Assembly: GCA_964409365.1 (NCBI GenBank)
Contig: CAYPCX010000007.1
Location: forward strand, 18,655-82,654
Source: an uncultured Planctomycetia bacterium
Lineage (GTDB): Bacteria; Omnitrophota; Gorgyraeia; Tantalellales; Tantalellaceae
DNA: 64,000 bases
Direction: 5' to 3'
How positions within the stretch are numbered: the first letter of the stretch is position 1; the number at the start of each line of letters is the position of its first letter. Below the pieces are notes generated by a model, which made no database searches, was not told the origin of the DNA, and saw nothing but the letters and a program-made list of their open reading frames with translations. Positions 58,568 to 64,000 of this stretch are shown here, one piece after another. The position numbers and the translations under genes were made by a program.

Positions 58568-58619
58568 CATATATACGATAAAAGGTTTCGCGCGTGCATT
58601 ACGGATCAGGGAGAAGAAG

Positions 58620-61600
58620 ATGGGCTCGTATACAAGATCAAATAGTTTCATGAAGATCATCTCGGTCGCGGTGGCCGTGATATTTTTGTGGAACCAGATC
58701 GTATGGGCGGGGGAGCCTGCTAATATCCCTTTGGATGCTCCTGTTGAAGAACAAATCCCCGGGACCCCTCCTGAAGATTTCCAGCAAGAACAGGAACAAG
58801 CACAATCTCTTGTAAACCAATTAAATGAGATAGAAGATTTTATCGACACGCAAAATTCATATGATCCTCTGGGAGAAAGCACTGATGAGGAGATATTTAC
58901 CTACTATAGTGGAAGCGGTCGCGTGCATACTAAAACCACATTCGACGGGACCATATACGAATACAGCGATGAAGACTGGGAGAGAGTCGGCGGCAACGAT
59001 GGCGAGATATACGGCGCCAGTTGGGTAGATGACGACGGAAGATCAGTGTTGAATTTTGACGGGGTAGACGATTATGTTGATTGTGGCAATGATGAGAGCC
59101 TGGATATTACAGGTGAGCTGACGTTGGAGGCGTGGGTAAAGACGACCGACACAAACGGGGTATATGTCATATCCAAGCGGGATCAGACGGGTCTGCAATA
59201 TGTCCTATACGTCTATGACGGCATTATGAACCTTGTTTATCATGGTGGAATGCTGGCCTTGAGCGCCACTTCGGTCACTGATGGTCTTTGGCATCATCTT
59301 GTGATAACTGTGGATGGTACTACGGCTAAGGGTTTTGTGGATGGGGATCTGGAGATCACCGGCACGATGAACAACTGTCTGCGAAGTTTCCCGTCCGTTC
59401 CGCTATACCTGGGGGTGCACAAGAGGACGGATACCATACTGAAATCTCTTTTTGAAGGCGAGATGAAAGAGGTGGGAATATATAACAAAACTTTGACGGC
59501 TGAAGAAATATCCGGCAGGCATGAGGGGAACGATGTTCTTAGTGGCCTTGTCGCGGCTTGGAACCTTGATGAAGGTGCAGGCGCGATGGCCGGGGATATG
59601 ATGAGCAAGCGTTACGGAAAGTTGATGAACAAAACACTTGCTGAAGCGAATGCCGACGGCGAGATCGCGTTTGTATATGAATATTTCCAAGGCACTAATG
59701 ACGTTAGATTCATGTATTCATATTCAGATACGGCTAGGACACAACGTGTTGCGTTGTATGAGTATGATACAAATGGCGAACTTTTGTATCGCGCATCAGA
59801 AGGCCAGCCGGGATATACATATTATCCAAGCGGCCGCGTGCATACGGAAGTCTTTCTGGACGGAACCATATTTGAATATATCGACGAGGATTGGGAAGAA
59901 CAGGAACACGGGAGAGTTATCAAGAAGACCTTTCCGAACGGGTTTTATACAACATATAACAGTTATTATCCTGGTACTGACCGGGCGAAATATGAAAACG
60001 ACTATTGTCCGGGAGGGTTTTTTAGCCGGATCGAGACCCGGGAATATGATATCAATGGATTTTTGATTAAGAAAACTGATTTTATTGGAAAGGTTTATAC
60101 TTATTATGTCCCCAGTGGTTTTTTGCGTAACGAGTATTTTGCCGGAGTTTACAAGGAGTATCTGGATGAGAATTGGAATAATACCGGTCGGGGCAGATTG
60201 ATCAAAACAACATGTCCAGACTCAAGTTATTACTTATATGAAGATTATTTTGAGGGCACTAATCAGGCCAGGTATATAAAATCTTATGGTATGTATCGTG
60301 AGTATGTTACTACTCCTTCCGGTACTTATTTTCATTATGTGTTCGGACACAGATGGACATGTGAATATGACGCCGAAAGCCACCTTGTGAAGAGAATGGA
60401 TTATTCCACTGGAACGATTTATGAATACTATGTGCCCAGCGGCCGGGTTTATTCCAAGACCCTGTCTGATGGCACTGTAGAGGAATATATCGACGAGGAC
60501 TGGAACGATCAGGGAGTTGGAAGGTTGATTAAACGCATACGCCCTGACGGAAGTTATTTAGTATTTGAAGAATACTATGAAGGCACGGATCAGGCGAAAT
60601 ATATTAAAGAATATGATGCTAATGACAACCTTTTTTCTGTCGCCGAATATGATGAAAACGGCGAATTTTTGTATTGTGTTTCAGAAAATCAACCAGGATA
60701 CACATATTATTCCAGCGGGCGAGTAAAAACCAAGATCATGTTCGACGGGACCATATACGAATACAGCGATGAAGACTGGGAGAGAGTCGGCGGCAACGAT
60801 GGCGAGATATACGGCGCCAGTTGGGTAGATGATGATGGAAGATCAGTGTTAAATTTTGACGGGGTGGATGATTATGTTGACTGTGGCGATGATGATAGCC
60901 TGGATATTACAGGTGAGCTGACGTTGGAAGCGTGGGTAAAGACGACCGACACGAACGGGGCATATGTCATATCCAAACGGGATCAGACGGGATTGCAGTA
61001 TGTCATGTATGTCTATGGCGGCATTATGAACCTTGTTTACCATGGCGGGATGCTGGCTTTGAGCGCCACTTCGGTCACTGATGGTCTTTGGCATCACCTT
61101 GTGATAACCGTGGACGACACTACGGCTAAGGGTTATGTAGATGGGGATCTGGAGATCATCGGTACGATGAACAACTGTCTGCGAAGTTTTCCGTCCGTTC
61201 CGCTGTACCTGGGGGCGTACAAGAGGACGGATACCATACTGAAATCTCTTTTTGAAGGCGAGATTAAAGATGTACGAATATATAATAAAACTTTGACGGC
61301 TGAAGAGATATCCGGCAGGCATGAGGGGAACGATGTTTTTAGTGGCCTTGTCGCGGCGTGGAACCTTGATGAAGGTGCAGGCACGATGGCCGGAGATATG
61401 ATAGATGAACGTTGTTATGGACGGCTTATAAAGGAAACAAGGCCCGATGGGACTTATACGGTATTTAAGGATCATTACAGGGATAAAGAGCAGGCGAAGT
61501 ATGTGGAAGAATACGATGCCGGTGAGAACCTGCTTTCCGTGACCGAGTATGACTGGAACGGCGTAGTCGGCGATGTTTACACATATACGTATGACAGCCG

Positions 61601-64000
61601 GGACAACTGCACGTCTATCTCGCACCCTGGCGGTACATATGAATATTTCGAGTACACTTATGAGAACGAAGTGGTGAAAGAGGCCGTTTATCTCAACACC
61701 GAATATAATAACCTGATATTCGCTGAATACTACGATTACGAGAAAGGGTATGTGGTCAGCACACAGGCCGGGCAGGGCGCGTATGTCGCAGGTTCCATAG
61801 TGTATGATGAGAACGCTCTTGATGCGCCGAAAATAGTTTACGAATATTCTCTGGATGGGGATGTTTTGACCCAGACAGGACACGCGCAGCATGTCGACAG
61901 TCAGGGAAATTCTGTAAATTATTATATTATAAATAGATACGATGCCGATGACAACCTTGTAAGCACCACGGAGAAGCTGAGCCAGGAAGAGTACGATGAC
62001 CCGCAGGCGGTCGTTTTAAAGACGACCACATATACCTACGATGCCGACGGTGACGTTCTTTCGGCCATCGACGGGGAAAGCAAGGGTTACAGGTACGAGT
62101 ACGTCAAGGACGGGGAGGGGAAGATAACGGACCTCGTGACCCTCGATCTGGAATATGGCGTCGTAAAAGGGCCCGAGACATACGATAGCGAAGAACGCCT
62201 TCTTACCTACAACGAAGGCGACGGGCATTGGAATGATACCGCTCAGGCGATAGTTGTGGACTCCATTCCGCAGGTACCGAAAATACGGAACACATATACG
62301 GATATTGGCGGGGGAGCCGGCTATACCCTGGAAAGTCATGTTGTGTATGCGGACGCGGAAGGGAACGGCATAGACTATATCGAAACAACGGTCTTTGATG
62401 GTGATGAAAATGTGGTCCATTTCGAGGATAAGGAAGGGAATATAACGGATTATACTTATGATGATGAAGGCAATATGCTCACCGAAGAATATTTCCCCGC
62501 GGGTTCGACCCTGAACGAATTAATGACATGCACATATTCCCATTCATATGTGAACGATGAAAGCATTGAGGTCATAACTGAACGGTATACAGCCTATGAG
62601 GATACGGAAAGGACCGTCATCAAGGAGGAAACGGAAATAAGCCGGACTTATTACAGGAATACGTTCTATGAGGTAGAGAGATATGTAGAGGAAATATCAT
62701 ATTCCGATCCCGCCGGGGAATCCGTGTATGTGGAGAAGTTATTCGATTCCGACGGAAGGCTCATTTCGGAGACCGAAAGAACGGGGGATGCCGATCCGGA
62801 GACCACGACTTATTCTTATTATGCTGACGGCGCCCTGGAGACGATCGCCTATCCGGGCGGAAGGACGGAGACATATGCTTACACGGAAGACGTAAGAGGC
62901 CGCATGACCGGGCAGGTCCTTACCGTGAGCGATACTGATATAACCGGTGCCCCTTACACCTATACGGAGACAACGACATACGATCCCGAGACCGGGGAAG
63001 TGAGGACTTTGACCGATAGGGACGGCAATGTAACGACTTACACTTATCAAACGGACGAAAAAGGTTCGATCAGCGTAAATACGGTGGTAAATGAGGATAT
63101 CGCCGATCCCGAGAGCAGCGTGACCACCATCGATACCTATAACGAAGAGGGTAACCTGCTTACCCGCAGCGAGCAGGTCGGAAGTAATGCCCCCGAAGTG
63201 ACCACTTATACCTATTACGCGGACGGCACGGTCGGATCCGTGACTTATCCGCTCGGGGAAGGTCAAACCCAGCCGAAGACGGTCAGTTTCAGCTATGAAT
63301 ATGATGACAAGGGAAGGCTGACTCGTTATGTCCAGAACGTGACCGAACCGGACGGCACCGTGTATTCAGTGACGGAAGAATACAACGCCGACGGTGATAT
63401 CAAAAGAACGATAGACGCCGACGGCAATGTTTATATTTATTCCTACGCCAGGTCCTCGACAGGAAAACTTTTGGTTAAAACGGTCACTGAACAGGACCCC
63501 GAGGGCACTACCGTATATATAAAGGAATTCGACTCAAGGGGGAACATAGTAAAAAGCGAGGATGTGGCCAGAGGACTGGTCCATGAATACGTATATGAAT
63601 ATGCTTATGAGAACACCAGGTACGAATACATCCTGACGATCACGGAAACGGTCACCCAGAACTTTCCGAATAACCCGGGTGTCGAACCGATAGTCACTTC
63701 CACCATCAAGCATTTCGACGAGGATGGCCAGATAACGGAGCTTGCTGACGGGAATGATAATTCTACGGTTTACGTATATTATGACGGTTCTACTGCCGGT
63801 GGCAAGGACGGCGACTTGAAAGAAGTGATCGACGCAAAAGGCAATAGAACTGAATACCTGTACGAATATGCCGGTGAGGATGAGTATCTGTCCAGGAAAA
63901 CGGTTAAATACTATTCGAACGATGGCGGCGGGCTGGTCCTGCAGTATACGGTCGAGCAGGAATATGACCCCGAGGGAAGGGTCCTGGTGGATAAGGATAA
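58620..64000 (+). CDS. giant secreted RHS/YD-repeat protein with two LamG/concanavalin-like domains, 3'-truncated by window edge
   Basis: gggaga RBS, signal peptide MKIISVAVAVIFLWNQIVWA. Open in frame to the window end (>1790 codons; hand-translated because the ORF track lists only closed ORFs). LamG-like segment (LNFDGVDDYVDCGNDESLDITGELTLEAWVKT...GLWHHLVITVDG) occurs twice. Many YD repeats (YEYDTNGELLY, YTYDADGDVLS, EYNADGDIKRTIDADGNVYIY). Confidence 0.75.
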   Translation, partial: MGSYTRSNSFMKIISVAVAVIFLWNQIVWAGEPANIPLDAPVEEQIPGTPPEDFQQEQEQAQSLVNQLNEIEDFIDTQNSYDPLGESTDEEIFTYYSGSGRVHTKTTFDGTIYEYSDEDWERVGGNDGEIYGASWVDDDGRSVLNFDGVDDYVDCGNDESLDITGELTLEAWVKTTDTNGVYVISKRDQTGLQYVLYVYDGIMNLVYHGGMLALSATSVTDGLWHHLVITVDGTTAKGFVDGDLEITGTMNNCLRSFPSVPLYLGVHKRTDTILKSLFEGEMKEVGIYNKTLTAEEISGRHEGNDVLSGLVAAWNLDEGAGAMAGDMMSKRYGKLMNKTLAEANADGEIAFVYEYFQGTNDVRFMYSYSDTARTQRVALYEYDTNGELLYRASEGQPGYTYYPSGRVHTEVFLDGTIFEYIDEDWEEQEHGRVIKKTFPNGFYTTYNSYYPGTDRAKYENDYCPGGFFSRIETREYDINGFLIKKTDFIGKVYTYYVPSGFLRNEYFAGVYKEYLDENWNNTGRGRLIKTTCPDSSYYLYEDYFEGTNQARYIKSYGMYREYVTTPSGTYFHYVFGHRWTCEYDAESHLVKRMDYSTGTIYEYYVPSGRVYSKTLSDGTVEEYIDEDWNDQGVGRLIKRIRPDGSYLVFEEYYEGTDQAKYIKEYDANDNLFSVAEYDENGEFLYCVSENQPGYTYYSSGRVKTKIMFDGTIYEYSDEDWERVGGNDGEIYGASWVDDDGRSVLNFDGVDDYVDCGDDDSLDITGELTLEAWVKTTDTNGAYVISKRDQTGLQYVMYVYGGIMNLVYHGGMLALSATSVTDGLWHHLVITVDDTTAKGYVDGDLEIIGTMNNCLRSFPSVPLYLGAYKRTDTILKSLFEGEIKDVRIYNKTLTAEEISGRHEGNDVFSGLVAAWNLDEGAGTMAGDMIDERCYGRLIKETRPDGTYTVFKDHYRDKEQAKYVEEYDAGENLLSVTEYDWNGVVGDVYTYTYDSRDNCTSISHPGGTYEYFEYTYENEVVKEAVYLNTEYNNLIFAEYYDYEKGYVVSTQAGQGAYVAGSIVYDENALDAPKIVYEYSLDGDVLTQTGHAQHVDSQGNSVNYYIINRYDADDNLVSTTEKLSQEEYDDPQAVVLKTTTYTYDADGDVLSAIDGESKGYRYEYVKDGEGKITDLVTLDLEYGVVKGPETYDSEERLLTYNEGDGHWNDTAQAIVVDSIPQVPKIRNTYTDIGGGAGYTLESHVVYADAEGNGIDYIETTVFDGDENVVHFEDKEGNITDYTYDDEGNMLTEEYFPAGSTLNELMTCTYSHSYVNDESIEVITERYTAYEDTERTVIKEETEISRTYYRNTFYEVERYVEEISYSDPAGESVYVEKLFDSDGRLISETERTGDADPETTTYSYYADGALETIAYPGGRTETYAYTEDVRGRMTGQVLTVSDTDITGAPYTYTETTTYDPETGEVRTLTDRDGNVTTYTYQTDEKGSISVNTVVNEDIADPESSVTTIDTYNEEGNLLTRSEQVGSNAPEVTTYTYYADGTVGSVTYPLGEGQTQPKTVSFSYEYDDKGRLTRYVQNVTEPDGTVYSVTEEYNADGDIKRTIDADGNVYIYSYARSSTGKLLVKTVTEQDPEGTTVYIKEFDSRGNIVKSEDVARGLVHEYVYEYAYENTRYEYILTITETVTQNFPNNPGVEPIVTSTIKHFDEDGQITELADGNDNSTVYVYYDGSTAGGKDGDLKEVIDAKGNRTEYLYEYAGEDEYLSRKTVKYYSNDGGGLVLQYTVEQEYDPEGRVLVDKD
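58941..59603. repeat. ~660-bp direct repeat, copy 1 (LamG-domain-encoding segment inside the RHS gene)
   Basis: Near-identical (roughly 95% by eye) to 60741..61403 at an exact 1800-bp offset. Confidence 0.85.
60741..61403. repeat. ~660-bp direct repeat, copy 2
   Basis: See copy 1. Explains the paired spurious minus-strand ORFs 59294..59608 and 61133..61384. Confidence 0.85.

Noticed and set aside
59294-63266. Several minus-strand ORFs (59294..59608, 59403..59690, 60849..61892, 61133..61384, 62016..62420, 62739..63266) in the track.
   Set aside because: They lie antisense to a continuous + strand reading frame encoding recognisable LamG and YD-repeat protein sequence. The paired ones are shadows of the internal 660-bp duplication. 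No family resemblance.

Overview
This 64-kb window comes from a bacterial chromosome of about 55% GC. Coding is almost entirely on the + strand; rpmB is the only gene on the minus strand. The left edge carries the 3' part of queA, and tgt-yajC-secDF appears only at 41.9-45.8 kb. queA and tgt are normally neighbours, so the intervening ~41 kb reads as one accessory block with three parts.

- **Regulatory module (1.0-7.3 kb):** a multi-PAS sensor, a CheY-like receiver, and an HD-GYP phosphodiesterase (the latter follows the ExeA-like ATPase inside the export-gene stretch).
- **Wzx/Wzy-type exopolysaccharide locus (4.3-32.9 kb):** PEP-CTERM-locus-type export components (WecA-like initiating transferase, ExeA-like ATPase, Wza, fused Wzz/BY-kinase, ligase-like polymerase, Wzx flippase), about ten glycosyltransferases (GT4, GT2, GT9, one tandem GT4 fusion), three SAM methyltransferases, a radical SAM/SPASM enzyme, a polyprenyl-phosphate sugar module (GT2, LAB_N protein, two large GT-C-like membrane proteins), and WbqC/PIG-L/DegT amino-sugar genes.
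- **RiPP-like cassette (33.0-41.5 kb):** a translationally coupled operon encoding a YkgJ-like Cys-rich protein fused to a PqqD-like domain, two radical SAM/SPASM enzymes, an HprK-like kinase, an ABC exporter, a second PqqD, a 98-aa Cys-rich decapeptide-repeat candidate precursor, a Sec11/SipW-type signal peptidase, an NTP_transf_5 nucleotidyltransferase and a VanZ-like membrane protein. This is the most likely undescribed system in the window.

The right third is housekeeping: a second receiver gene, tgt, yajC, secDF, a CDF transporter, recJ, rpmB(-), recG, rsmD, coaD, pta, ackA and rpmF-plsX-fabH-fabD. After fabD comes a terminator, a sigma70-like promoter, a structured attenuator-like leader, and a >1790-aa secreted LamG + RHS/YD-repeat protein that runs off the window and carries an internal 660-bp duplication.

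Many intergenic spacers are built from strictly 7-bp-periodic degenerate repeats; two of these arrays are exactly 147 bp (21 x 7). No rRNA, tRNA, CRISPR array, transposase or integrase gene was recognised.
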